A stretch of DNA of 58,932 nucleotides from Eubacteriales bacterium (lineage in GTDB: Bacteria > Bacillota > Clostridia > Oscillospirales > CAG-272). Below are positions 34,021 through 42,210 of the stretch, piece after piece. The notes under the pieces are model-generated. The model saw only the letters and a program-made list of their open reading frames with translations, searched no databases and was not told the DNA's origin. Each line of letters begins with the position of its first letter. Position 1 is the stretch's first letter. The translations under genes were made by a program, and so were the position numbers. The stretch lies in assembly GCA_045602325.1 (NCBI GenBank), contig JAZSBH010000053.1:1-58932 (forward strand). The letters run 5' to 3'.

Positions 34021-36183
34021 TTACTTGATCTTGACGGTCTGGGTCAGCTTACCCGACTCCTTGTAGGGGCGGAAGAGCTGGACCAGCATACCGATGGCCA
34101 GCGCGGCGGCGATGATCAGCCACAGGATATTGAGGCCGCCCATGGCGCCGGTGAAGAGCAGGCCGAACTGGTAGATGATGAGGGATACAGCGTAGGCGAA
34201 GAGGCACTGGTAAGCGATGGCAAAGGCGGTCCACTTGCCATTGTTCATTTCTCTGCGAATGGCACCCATTGCGGCGAAGCAGGGGGCGCAGAGGAGATTG
34301 AACACCAGGAAGGAGAAACCGGCCAGCTTGCCAAGACCTGCGAAGTCAGCCACACCGAAGACGGCGACGACCTCCTCCTTGGCGATCAGACCCATGAGGG
34401 TAGCCACGGCGGCGGTGGGATCCGAGAAGCCCAGGGGCGCGAAGATCCAGCCGATGGCGGAGCCGATGTAGTCCAGAATACTCATGCCGCCCTCGGGCAT
34501 CTCCAGGAACAGCCCGAAGTGGCCGTCAGCCACACCGAATACGGTGCCTGCCCAGATGATGACGGTGGAGAGCATGATGACGGTGCCCGCCTTCTTGATG
34601 AAGGACCAGCCGCGCTCCCACATGGAGCGGAGGACGTTGATGGGGGTGGGCAGATGGTACGCAGGCAGCTCCATGACGAAGGGAGCGGGGGTACCCGAGA
34701 AGAGCTTGGTCTTCTTGAGCATGATGCCCGAGACAATGATGGCGGCGATGCCGATGAAGTAGCAGAGGGGAGCCACCCACCAGGCATTGCTGAAGAGGGT
34801 TGCGGCGATCATGGCGATGATGGGGAGCTTGGCGCCGCAGGGGATGAAGGTGGTGGTGATGATGGTCATGCGGCGGTCGCGCTCGTTCTCGATGGTACGG
34901 GAGGCCATGATACCGGGGACGCCGCAGCCGGTGCCGATCAGGATCGGGATGAAGGATTTACCCGACAGACCGAACTTACGGAAGATGCGGTCCAGCACGA
35001 AGGCGATACGGGACATGTAGCCGCAGGCCTCCAGGAAGGCCAGCATGATGAACAGAACCAGAATCTGGGGAACGAAGCCCAGCACGGCGCCCACGCCGCC
35101 CACGATACCGTCCAGGAGGAGGCTGTTCAGCCAATCGGGAGTGTTGGCGGCGGTCAGACCCTGCTCAACCAGTACGGGAACGCCGGGGATCCACTGTCCA
35201 AAGAGGCTCCAACCCTCTCCGAACACCCCGTCGGTCATCCAATCGGTGGCGAAGGTGCCCACGGTGGAGACGGATATGTAGTACACCAGGAACATGATAA
35301 CGGCGAAGATGGGAAGGGCGGCTACGCGGTTGGTGACCACCTTGTCGATCTTTTCCGAGGTGGAGAGCTTGCCCGCGTTTTTGCGTTGGAAGCAGCCCTT
35401 GAGGATGGAGGAGATGTAGTTGTAACGTTCGTTGATGATGATGGCCTCGGCATCGTCGTCCAGAAGATGCTCGGTCTCGCGGATGTCCTGCTCAATGTGG
35501 GAGAGGATGGATAGATCCAGGTTCAACTCGGCCAGCACCTTATCGTCCCGCTCGAAGATCTTGATGGCGTACCATCTTTGACGGTCGGCGGGCATACCGT
35601 GGACGGCGGCCTCCTCGATGTGAGCCAGGGTGTGCTCCACCTCGCCCGAGAAGATGTGATGGGGAATGTTGCGGCCGTGCTTGGCGGTCTCGATGGCCAG
35701 TTTCATAGCCTCGTCAATGCCCGTGCCCTTCAGCGCCGAGATCTCCACGGCAGGACAGCCCATGCGGCGGGAAAGAGCCTCCAGGTCGATCTTGTCGCCC
35801 TGCTTGCGGAGGACGTCCACCATATTGATGGCCATGACCACGGGAATACCCAACTCGGTGAGCTGGGTGGTCAGGTAGAGGTTACGCTCCAGGTTGGTGC
35901 CGTCGATGATGTTGAGAATGGCATCGGGGCACTCGCCCACCAGGTAGTTTCTCGCGACCACCTCCTCCAGGGTGTAGGGGGAGAGGGAATAGATACCGGG
36001 CAGGTCGGTGATGATCACGGTTTCGTTTCCTTCGTGACCTTTGAGCTTGCCCTCCTTCTTTTCCACGGTGACGCCGGGCCAGTTTCCTACGAACTGGTTG
36101 GAACCGGTCAGGGCGTTGAACAGGGTGGTCTTACCCGTGTTGGGATTGCCCGCAAGGGCGATGCGCAGGGTGTTTGCTTCCAT
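34021..36183 (-). CDS. feoB: Ferrous iron transporter FeoB
   Basis: N-terminal G domain GNPNTGKTTLFNALTG, DLPGIYSL and NMVD, followed by a polytopic membrane domain. Confidence 0.96.
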   Translation of the reverse strand: MEANTLRIALAGNPNTGKTTLFNALTGSNQFVGNWPGVTVEKKEGKLKGHEGNETVIITDLPGIYSLSPYTLEEVVARNYLVGECPDAILNIIDGTNLERNLYLTTQLTELGIPVVMAINMVDVLRKQGDKIDLEALSRRMGCPAVEISALKGTGIDEAMKLAIETAKHGRNIPHHIFSGEVEHTLAHIEEAAVHGMPADRQRWYAIKIFERDDKVLAELNLDLSILSHIEQDIRETEHLLDDDAEAIIINERYNYISSILKGCFQRKNAGKLSTSEKIDKVVTNRVAALPIFAVIMFLVYYISVSTVGTFATDWMTDGVFGEGWSLFGQWIPGVPVLVEQGLTAANTPDWLNSLLLDGIVGGVGAVLGFVPQILVLFIMLAFLEACGYMSRIAFVLDRIFRKFGLSGKSFIPILIGTGCGVPGIMASRTIENERDRRMTIITTTFIPCGAKLPIIAMIAATLFSNAWWVAPLCYFIGIAAIIVSGIMLKKTKLFSGTPAPFVMELPAYHLPTPINVLRSMWERGWSFIKKAGTVIMLSTVIIWAGTVFGVADGHFGLFLEMPEGGMSILDYIGSAIGWIFAPLGFSDPTAAVATLMGLIAKEEVVAVFGVADFAGLGKLAGFSFLVFNLLCAPCFAAMGAIRREMNNGKWTAFAIAYQCLFAYAVSLIIYQFGLLFTGAMGGLNILWLIIAAALAIGMLVQLFRPYKESGKLTQTVKIK

Positions 36184-36212
36184 TCTTTACTGAACTCCTT
36201 CTGCTGGTCTTG

Positions 36213-36238
36213 TCGATGGTTAGCATGCGCTAACCATC
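36213..36238. promoter_or_regulatory. 11-bp perfect inverted repeat between feoA and feoB
   Basis: CGATGGTTAGC-ATGC-GCTAACCATCG. Shares the GTTAGC-N4-GCTAAC core with the repeat at 36543-36570. Confidence 0.5.
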
Positions 36239-36289
36239 GGGCGAAAAAATTTCGGGAATCTTTCGGAAAATGACTTTACGCGGGGCAGA

Positions 36290-36511
36290 TCATTCCACCT
36301 CGATCATGGCGGCGTCGGATTTACGAAGGGACAGCTCGTAGCCTCGAACCGTAACCTCCAGGGGATCGCCCAAGGGAGCGACCTTGCGGACGCGGATCTC
36401 CACGCCGCGGGTGATGCCCATATCCATGATGCGACGGCGAATGGCTCCCTCGCCGTGGATCTTGATCACGCGGGCTGTTCCGCCGATCTTGGTTTCACGT
36501 AACGTTTTCAT
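36290..36511 (-). CDS. feoA: FeoA family protein
   Basis: MKTLRETKIGGTARVIKIHGEGAIRRRIMDMGITRGVEIRVRKVAPLGDPLEV is the SH3-like FeoA signature. GGGAGG upstream of the ATG. Confidence 0.9.
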   Translation of the reverse strand: MKTLRETKIGGTARVIKIHGEGAIRRRIMDMGITRGVEIRVRKVAPLGDPLEVTVRGYELSLRKSDAAMIEVE

Positions 36512-36542
36512 GGTGTACCTCCCGTTGGCGGCCGTCCGTTTC

Positions 36543-36570
36543 ATGGCAGTTAGCCGCCGCTAACTGCCAT
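36543..36570. promoter_or_regulatory. 12-bp perfect inverted repeat (candidate operator or 5' stem-loop) abutting the feoA promoter
   Basis: ATGGCAGTTAGC-CGCC-GCTAACTGCCAT begins 2 nt downstream of the -10 hexamer on the minus strand. Confidence 0.55.
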
Positions 36571-36571
36571 A

Positions 36572-36600
36572 ATTATACTCACAGAAAGGGATTTTGTCAA
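36572..36600 (-). promoter_or_regulatory. Consensus sigma-A promoter of feo operon
   Basis: Minus strand TTGACA (36595-36600), exactly 17 nt spacer, TATAAT (36572-36577). Confidence 0.8.
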
Positions 36601-36627
36601 GAGGATTTAAATAATTTTTGGAATTTT

Positions 36628-36671
36628 GGAAAAATGAACACCCGCCACTCCGAAAACGAGGGGCGGGGGTG
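36628..36671 (-). terminator. Putative terminator after yccF
   Basis: CCCGCC/GGCGGG stem extended by CA/TG, followed on minus by UUCAUUUUUCC. Confidence 0.45.
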
Positions 36672-36686
36672 AGCAAAATGCACAAA

Positions 36687-37058
36687 TTATTTTGCTTTTC
36701 CGGAGCTGACTGTTGCTCCGAAGGGAAGGAAGGCCAGCTTCATGAGCTTAAAGGATTGAAGACCCATGGGAATACCGATGATGGTAATGCAGCAGATGAG
36801 GCCGGAAACGAGATAGGCGAGTGCCATCTCCCAACCGATGAGGATCGCCCAAACGACGTTGGCGACGGGGTATTTGTCGAATTGAGTTTGGACCTTGTTG
36901 CCAAAGGGCGCGAAGGTCAGCTTGGCCGCCTTGAAGCACTGCTTGCCGAGGGGAATGCCGATGATGGTGATGCAGAGCAGGATGCCCAGAAGTGCCCAGC
37001 TCAGTCCCAACCACAGGCCGCCAAAGATGAACCAGATAACGTTAGCAATGAGTTTCAT
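36687..37058 (-). CDS. yccF: YccF domain-containing inner membrane protein
   Basis: Two repeats of the IIGIP(L/M)G motif (CITIIGIPLGKQCFK / CCITIIGIPMGLQSFK). GGGAGG upstream of the ATG. Confidence 0.85.
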   Translation of the reverse strand: MKLIANVIWFIFGGLWLGLSWALLGILLCITIIGIPLGKQCFKAAKLTFAPFGNKVQTQFDKYPVANVVWAILIGWEMALAYLVSGLICCITIIGIPMGLQSFKLMKLAFLPFGATVSSGKAK

Positions 37059-37181
37059 AGCGCGTATACCTCCCAAAAGAGAATTGGATGCGGAATCGAT
37101 CCGTAGAACGTCTTCCTATCAAAAGGATAGCATAAATTTGCGGATTTGTCAACCCGGAGACGGGATTTTTCCAAAAAGCCC

Positions 37182-37210
37182 TTGTCAAATAAGAGTCGAT
37201 GTGCTATAAT
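37182..37210 (+). promoter_or_regulatory. Sigma-A type promoter of metF operon
   Basis: TTGTCA, 17 nt spacer, TATAAT, 32 nt before the metF ATG. No riboswitch-length leader is present. Confidence 0.7.
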
Positions 37211-37242
37211 ACAATCAATCGAATTATCTACGAGGTGCCCCT

Positions 37243-38130
37243 ATGAAAATTTCTCAACTGCTTGCCCGTGACGGCTTATCCCTGTCCTTTGAGGTGTTCC
37301 CTCCCAAGACCGACACCGCCTTTGAGTCGGTAAAGGCCGCCACCGAGGAGATCGCCGACCTGCGCCCCGCCTTTGTCAGCGTCACCTACGGCGCGGGAGG
37401 CGGCACCAGCAAGTACACCCTGGAGATCGCCAAGAATATCAAGGAAGCCCACGGCGTCCTCACCCTGGCGCACCTGACCTGCGTGTCCTCCACCCGGGAG
37501 ACGGTGCGCGCCCGCATTGAAGACATGAAGGCGGCGGGCATCGAGAACGTCATGGCTCTCCGCGGTGACATTCCCGCCGATATGGTGGGGCAGGATCGGT
37601 CGAACTGGCCGTACCGCTACGCCGTAGACCTGGTGCGTGAGCTGAAGGAGAGCGGCGCCGAGGGCGGGGCGGACTTCTGCATCGGCGGCGCCTGCTACCC
37701 CGAGGTGCATCCCGAATCTCCCCACCAGAAGGAGGATATCCGCTACCTCAAGGAGAAGGTAGACGCAGGGGTGGAGTTTCTGACTACCCAGATGTTCTTC
37801 GACAACAACCTGCTCTACAACTTCCTCTACAAGATCCGCGAGGCGGGTATCACCGTCCCCGTAGTACCCGGCATCATGCCCATCACAGCAGGGAACCAGG
37901 TGGCAAGAGCCATCCAGCTTTCGGGGTCGTTTATGCCTCGGCGCTTCGTGTCTCTGGTGGACAAGTTCGGATCCAACCCCGCTGCTATGAAGCAGGCGGG
38001 CATCGCCTACGCCACCGATCAGATCATTGATCTGTACGCGAATGGGATCAAAAACGTCCACGTGTACACCATGAATAAGCCCGACGTGGCGAGGAAGATT
38101 CTGGAGAATCTGTCGGAGATTTTGACATGA
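37243..38130 (+). CDS. metF: 5,10-methylenetetrahydrofolate reductase
   Basis: SFEVFPPKT, VSVTYGAGG, LTCV, ALRGD and TQMFFDN motifs. Confidence 0.93.
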   Translation: MKISQLLARDGLSLSFEVFPPKTDTAFESVKAATEEIADLRPAFVSVTYGAGGGTSKYTLEIAKNIKEAHGVLTLAHLTCVSSTRETVRARIEDMKAAGIENVMALRGDIPADMVGQDRSNWPYRYAVDLVRELKESGAEGGADFCIGGACYPEVHPESPHQKEDIRYLKEKVDAGVEFLTTQMFFDNNLLYNFLYKIREAGITVPVVPGIMPITAGNQVARAIQLSGSFMPRRFVSLVDKFGSNPAAMKQAGIAYATDQIIDLYANGIKNVHVYTMNKPDVARKILENLSEILT

Positions 38131-39089
38131 AAGAAACGAAATGGTACGTCAAGGTACTGATCGTCCTGCTCATCATTATCTGCGCTCCCCTCATTATCCT
38201 GCTGGCTCTCATCGCGGTGCCCCTCATCCTCATAGAAGGCGCCAAAGCGAAAAAGGCCTATTATAAATCTCCCTACTATGCGGATTTCAAGAAAAAGTAC
38301 ACCATGGGCATCACCACCGATCCCGTCTACCGTTTCTATAACGGCGCGGTGGCGCGGAAGCTCCCTGTGAAGTTCGGGGCGAAGCTCACCGGCCCCCTGT
38401 ACGGCATCTATGAGGGCACTATGTACCTGCTTCCCGATTTCGAGCAGATGGGGCTGTCCGAGGACGGCCGCGCCGTGTGGCAGGTCGATTACGATGGTGA
38501 TTGGATGGACTTTGAGGAGGCCTACGCCAAGCTGCTGTCGGATATGGCGGTCACGCCGGGAGACTCGGTCAAGCTTCTGGTAGAGCGGCGCATGATTACG
38601 GTCTGCGACCTCACCGAGACCCCGCCCCCCGCCTGCGTGTTCGTGACGCAGACCTATGAGACCGCCTTTGAGAATGAGGATTCCACCCTGAAGATGCGCA
38701 TTCCCCAAAGCGCAGAAGATCTGTACGGCATGATGCGAAAGACCCCCGATCTGTGCGGGGCGTTTGAACTGACCGAGGATCAGCAGGGCATCCGCTGGCG
38801 TGTCCGCGAGGATATCCAAATTACCCTTGGGGTCGATCCCCGTGACTGTTACGTGGGGGTGGAGAAGCTCCTGTTCGGTAAGATCGAGAGCGGGATCACC
38901 CATTGGCATCCCACCGAGTATGAGATCTACGATGAGGTCTGCAAGATCGGCAAGCGGGGGAACGTTCTCGTCCTCCGCCAGAGAGCCGGAAGCGGCGCGG
39001 TGCTGTACTCGGGAAGCAAAGCCGAGTGTCCCTATCAGCCCAACAAGAAGATCCTTTTCGGGAAATATTACTATATCGAAGCGAAATGA
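38127..39089 (+). CDS. Membrane-anchored protein of unknown function inside the metF-metH operon
   Basis: 320 aa. The ATG overlaps the metF stop (ATGA) and GGAGA lies 8 nt upstream. N-terminal hydrophobic hairpin, then a soluble domain with no motif I recognise. Confidence 0.65.
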   Translation: MKETKWYVKVLIVLLIIICAPLIILLALIAVPLILIEGAKAKKAYYKSPYYADFKKKYTMGITTDPVYRFYNGAVARKLPVKFGAKLTGPLYGIYEGTMYLLPDFEQMGLSEDGRAVWQVDYDGDWMDFEEAYAKLLSDMAVTPGDSVKLLVERRMITVCDLTETPPPACVFVTQTYETAFENEDSTLKMRIPQSAEDLYGMMRKTPDLCGAFELTEDQQGIRWRVREDIQITLGVDPRDCYVGVEKLLFGKIESGITHWHPTEYEIYDEVCKIGKRGNVLVLRQRAGSGAVLYSGSKAECPYQPNKKILFGKYYYIEAK

Positions 39090-39120
39090 ATTACAGCCAA
39101 GAAAGGCAACCGTAAAAGCT

Positions 39121-41571
39121 ATGAACTTCCGTACATTCCTTCCATCCAACCTCGTCATCCTCGACGGCGGCATGGGCACCCTCCTCCAGAAGGCGGGGCT
39201 CGCCCCCGGGGAACTGCCCGAGCGCTGGAACCTCACCCACGCCGATGAGGTGGTAGCCATCCACCGCGCCTACTTTGACGCGGGGAGTAACGTGGTCAAC
39301 ACCAACACCTTTGGGGCGAACATCCTCAAATTCTCTGCCTCCGAGCTGGACGGCATTGTCCGTGCCGCCGTAGAGAACGCCCGCCGCGCCGTCCGCGAGT
39401 CGGTGGGCACGCAGGAAAAATTTGTCGCCCTGGATATCGGCCCCACGGGGAAGCTCTTAAAACCCCTCGGGGACTTCGACTTCGAGGACGCCGTGGGGGT
39501 CTTTGCCGAGACGGTCAAGCTGGGCGTGAAATACGGTGTGGATCTTATTACCATCGAGACCATGAACGACAGCTATGAGACCAAGGCGGCTCTGCTGGCC
39601 GTCAAAGAGAATTCCGACCTCCCCGTGCTGGTGTCCTGCGCCTTTGGCGAGGACGGCAAGCTCATGACGGGGGCATCTCCTGCCGCCATGGTGGCCATGC
39701 TGGAGGGCATGGGCGCGGATGCCATCGGCGTCAACTGCTCCCTGGGTCCCAAGGCTCTGGCTCCCGTGGTGCGGGAGTACCTGCGTCTGGCCTCGATGCC
39801 CGTCCTGCTCAAGCCCAACGCGGGGCTTCCCACTGTGGTGGATGGTGAGACGGTCTACAACGTGGATCCTGCCGAGTTCGCCCGGGAGGTGGCCGCCCTC
39901 ATCCACGACGGTGTCCGCGTGGCGGGTGGGTGCTGTGGCACGACCCCCGAATATATAGCTGCGCTCACCGCCGAGATCAAGTCCATGGGTCTGATCGCCG
40001 CTCCCATCACGCCGAAAAACGACACCATGGTGTCCTCCTATACCCACGCCGTGACCTTCGGGGACGACCCCGCCCTCATCGGCGAGCGCATCAACCCCAC
40101 GGGCAAAAAGCGGTTCAAGCAGGCGCTGATGGAGCACGATATCGGCTACATCCTCTCGGAGGGCATCCGTCAGGAGGAGGCGGGGGTGGACATCCTGGAC
40201 GTCAACGTGGGACTGCCCGAGATCGACGAGCCCGAGCTGCTCACCGAGACGGTCTGCGAGCTCCAAGCGGTCACCGACCTGCCTCTGCAGATCGACACCT
40301 CCGACCCCGTGGCCATGGAGGCCGCTCTGCGGCGCTACAACGGCAAGGCCATGATCAACTCGGTCAGTGGCAAGGAGGAATCCCTGCGCACCGTCCTGCC
40401 TCTGGTTAAGAAGTACGGCGGTGTGGTGGTGGCACTGACCCTGGACGAATCGGGTATCCCCGACACAGCCGAGGGCAGAGTGCAGATCGCCCGCCGCATC
40501 CTGGACGCCGCCGCGGAATACGGCATTGACAAAAAGGACATCATCTTCGACACCCTGGCCATGACGGTCAGCGCCGCTCCCAATGCAGCGAACGTGACGC
40601 TGGAGGCATTGTCCCGCATCCGCCGCGAGCTGGGCTGTCACACCTCCCTGGGGGTATCCAATATTTCCTTCGGCCTCCCCGCCCGCGATGCCATCAACGG
40701 CACCTTCTTCGCCATGGCGCTGACCAGCGGTTTGACGGCGGCTATCATGAATCCCCACTCGTCCGACATGATGAGGACCTACCACACCTACCGTGCCCTC
40801 AAGGGCTTGGATGAGAGCTTTGCGGGCTATATTCGCTACGCCGAGACTCTGCCCGCGCCCTCCCCCGCCGCAGGGCAGGTACGCGCCCCTGTGAGTGGAG
40901 AGGCCGGAATGGCCGCCAAAAAGACCGCCGCCGAGGGCAGTACCCCTCTGCAAAAGGCCATCATCAAGGGGCTCCGTGAGCAGGCGGCGAGCCTGACCTC
41001 CGAGTTGCTGACCTCTACCCCCGCCCTCGATGTGGTGCAGAGCGAGATCATTCCCGCCCTGGACACCGTTGGCCAAGGCTTTGAGCGCAAAACCACCTAC
41101 CTTCCCCAGCTTCTCATGTCTGCCGAGGCCGCGAAAGCCGCCTTTGAGGTCATCAAGGGGAGCATGGCTGCCGCTGATACATCGGATTCGACCGAGGCAA
41201 AGATGCCCATTGTTCTGGCCACGGTCAAGGGGGATATCCACGACATCGGCAAGAACATCGTAAAGCTCCTTTTGGAGAACTACGGCTACCCCGTCACCGA
41301 CTTGGGACGGGACGTGCCCCTCGAGGCCGTGGTGGAGGCCGCCGTGCGGCTCCGCGCCCCTCTGGTGGGACTCTCCGCCCTCATGACCACCACCGTCCCC
41401 GCTATGGAGGAGACCATCAAGGCTCTTCGCAAGGATGCTCCCTGGTGCAGGATCGTGGTGGGCGGTGCCGTGCTGACCGCCGATTACGCATACGAGATCG
41501 GCGCGGACAAGTACGCCGCCGATGCCATGGAAACGGTACGGTATGCTGAGGAGATTTCCAAGGATTTGTAA
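39121..41571 (+). CDS. metH: Methionine synthase, short form (Hcy-binding, pterin-binding, B12-binding domains; no AdoMet reactivation domain)
   Basis: LDGGMGT...GCCGTTPE (Hcy S-methyltransferase), a pterin-binding region, and a B12 motif DIHDIGKN...G. About 816 aa. The track ORF start at 38800 is over-extended. Confidence 0.9.
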   Translation: MNFRTFLPSNLVILDGGMGTLLQKAGLAPGELPERWNLTHADEVVAIHRAYFDAGSNVVNTNTFGANILKFSASELDGIVRAAVENARRAVRESVGTQEKFVALDIGPTGKLLKPLGDFDFEDAVGVFAETVKLGVKYGVDLITIETMNDSYETKAALLAVKENSDLPVLVSCAFGEDGKLMTGASPAAMVAMLEGMGADAIGVNCSLGPKALAPVVREYLRLASMPVLLKPNAGLPTVVDGETVYNVDPAEFAREVAALIHDGVRVAGGCCGTTPEYIAALTAEIKSMGLIAAPITPKNDTMVSSYTHAVTFGDDPALIGERINPTGKKRFKQALMEHDIGYILSEGIRQEEAGVDILDVNVGLPEIDEPELLTETVCELQAVTDLPLQIDTSDPVAMEAALRRYNGKAMINSVSGKEESLRTVLPLVKKYGGVVVALTLDESGIPDTAEGRVQIARRILDAAAEYGIDKKDIIFDTLAMTVSAAPNAANVTLEALSRIRRELGCHTSLGVSNISFGLPARDAINGTFFAMALTSGLTAAIMNPHSSDMMRTYHTYRALKGLDESFAGYIRYAETLPAPSPAAGQVRAPVSGEAGMAAKKTAAEGSTPLQKAIIKGLREQAASLTSELLTSTPALDVVQSEIIPALDTVGQGFERKTTYLPQLLMSAEAAKAAFEVIKGSMAAADTSDSTEAKMPIVLATVKGDIHDIGKNIVKLLLENYGYPVTDLGRDVPLEAVVEAAVRLRAPLVGLSALMTTTVPAMEETIKALRKDAPWCRIVVGGAVLTADYAYEIGADKYAADAMETVRYAEEISKDL

Positions 41572-41581
41572 TTGTGTAGAA

Positions 41582-41625
41582 AAACCGCATCCCGTGGGAA
41601 TTTCCCTCGAGATGCGGTTTTCAAA
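41582..41625 (+). terminator. Rho-independent terminator of metH
   Basis: AAACCGCATC/GATGCGGTTT stem with an inner GGGA/TCCC stem, followed by a T-run that merges into repeat copy c. Confidence 0.7.
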
Positions 41626-41708
41626 TTTGGGTTTGTCGACCGGTTTGTTTGCACCTTTCTCTCCATGGCGAGAAAGGGACATAACTTACCGATAAACTGC
41701 AATTTGAA
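41620..41708. repeat. REPIN/MITE-like element, copy c (short)
   Basis: TTCAAATTTGGGTTTGTCG...ACCGATAAACTGCAATTTGAA with an internal CCTTTCT/AGAAAGG hairpin. Confidence 0.65.
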
Positions 41709-41739
41709 AGGCACCCCTTGTTGAAGTGCCTTTTTTCGA
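41707..41739. terminator. Hairpin terminator between convergent genes
   Basis: AAAGGCAC/GTGCCTTT stem. TTTTTTCG on plus and UUUCAAAUU on minus. Confidence 0.55.
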
Positions 41740-41751
41740 CGGTGAGAAATA

Positions 41752-42180
41752 TCAGAAATTTTCCTCGATGTACTTTTTGGTCTCGGAAAATTTTTCCACG
41801 TTTTCGAGGGTGAACTTCAACCCGCGGATCTTGATGTCGCCGCGATCCTTCGCAATCTGGAATTTGGACTGGTAGAATGTGAAATCACGGATTTCCAGAT
41901 CCTCCAGATGGAAGTAATTCATATTTTCCATGACGGAGTGACCCTGCAGAGTCACGGTTTTGTTGCGGAAGGAGATCTGCATCCAGCCCTGCTTCTTAGC
42001 GATGCCGATGATGATACCGAACAACAAAGCAGCCGTGGCCAGTATGCCGAGAACAGCGATCCAGTGGCCGATGGACGCGATCAGGATTGGAACAAAGATC
42101 ACCGCCAATGGAATACACATCATAAGGATGCGGCGGATGGGATTGGTCTTGGTGGAAAAATAGCGGTCGTTGGTATCCAT
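41752..42180 (-). CDS. Small membrane protein with C-terminal PH-like (bPH) domain, unknown function
   Basis: 142 aa with AAGGAGAA upstream of the ATG. Two TM helices, then a soluble beta-rich domain of about 70 aa. The domain call is tentative. Confidence 0.6.
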   Translation of the reverse strand: MDTNDRYFSTKTNPIRRILMMCIPLAVIFVPILIASIGHWIAVLGILATAALLFGIIIGIAKKQGWMQISFRNKTVTLQGHSVMENMNYFHLEDLEIRDFTFYQSKFQIAKDRGDIKIRGLKFTLENVEKFSETKKYIEENF

Positions 42181-42210
42181 AGCGTTCTCCTTTTTTATGT
42201 TATTTTTGCT

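Noticed and set aside
39457-41682. 741-aa minus-strand ORF
   Set aside because: Antisense shadow of metH, with no RBS or domain signature. The same reasoning applies to 41908-43944 (+, antisense to the DUF4091 gene) and 34009-35514 (+, antisense to feoB).
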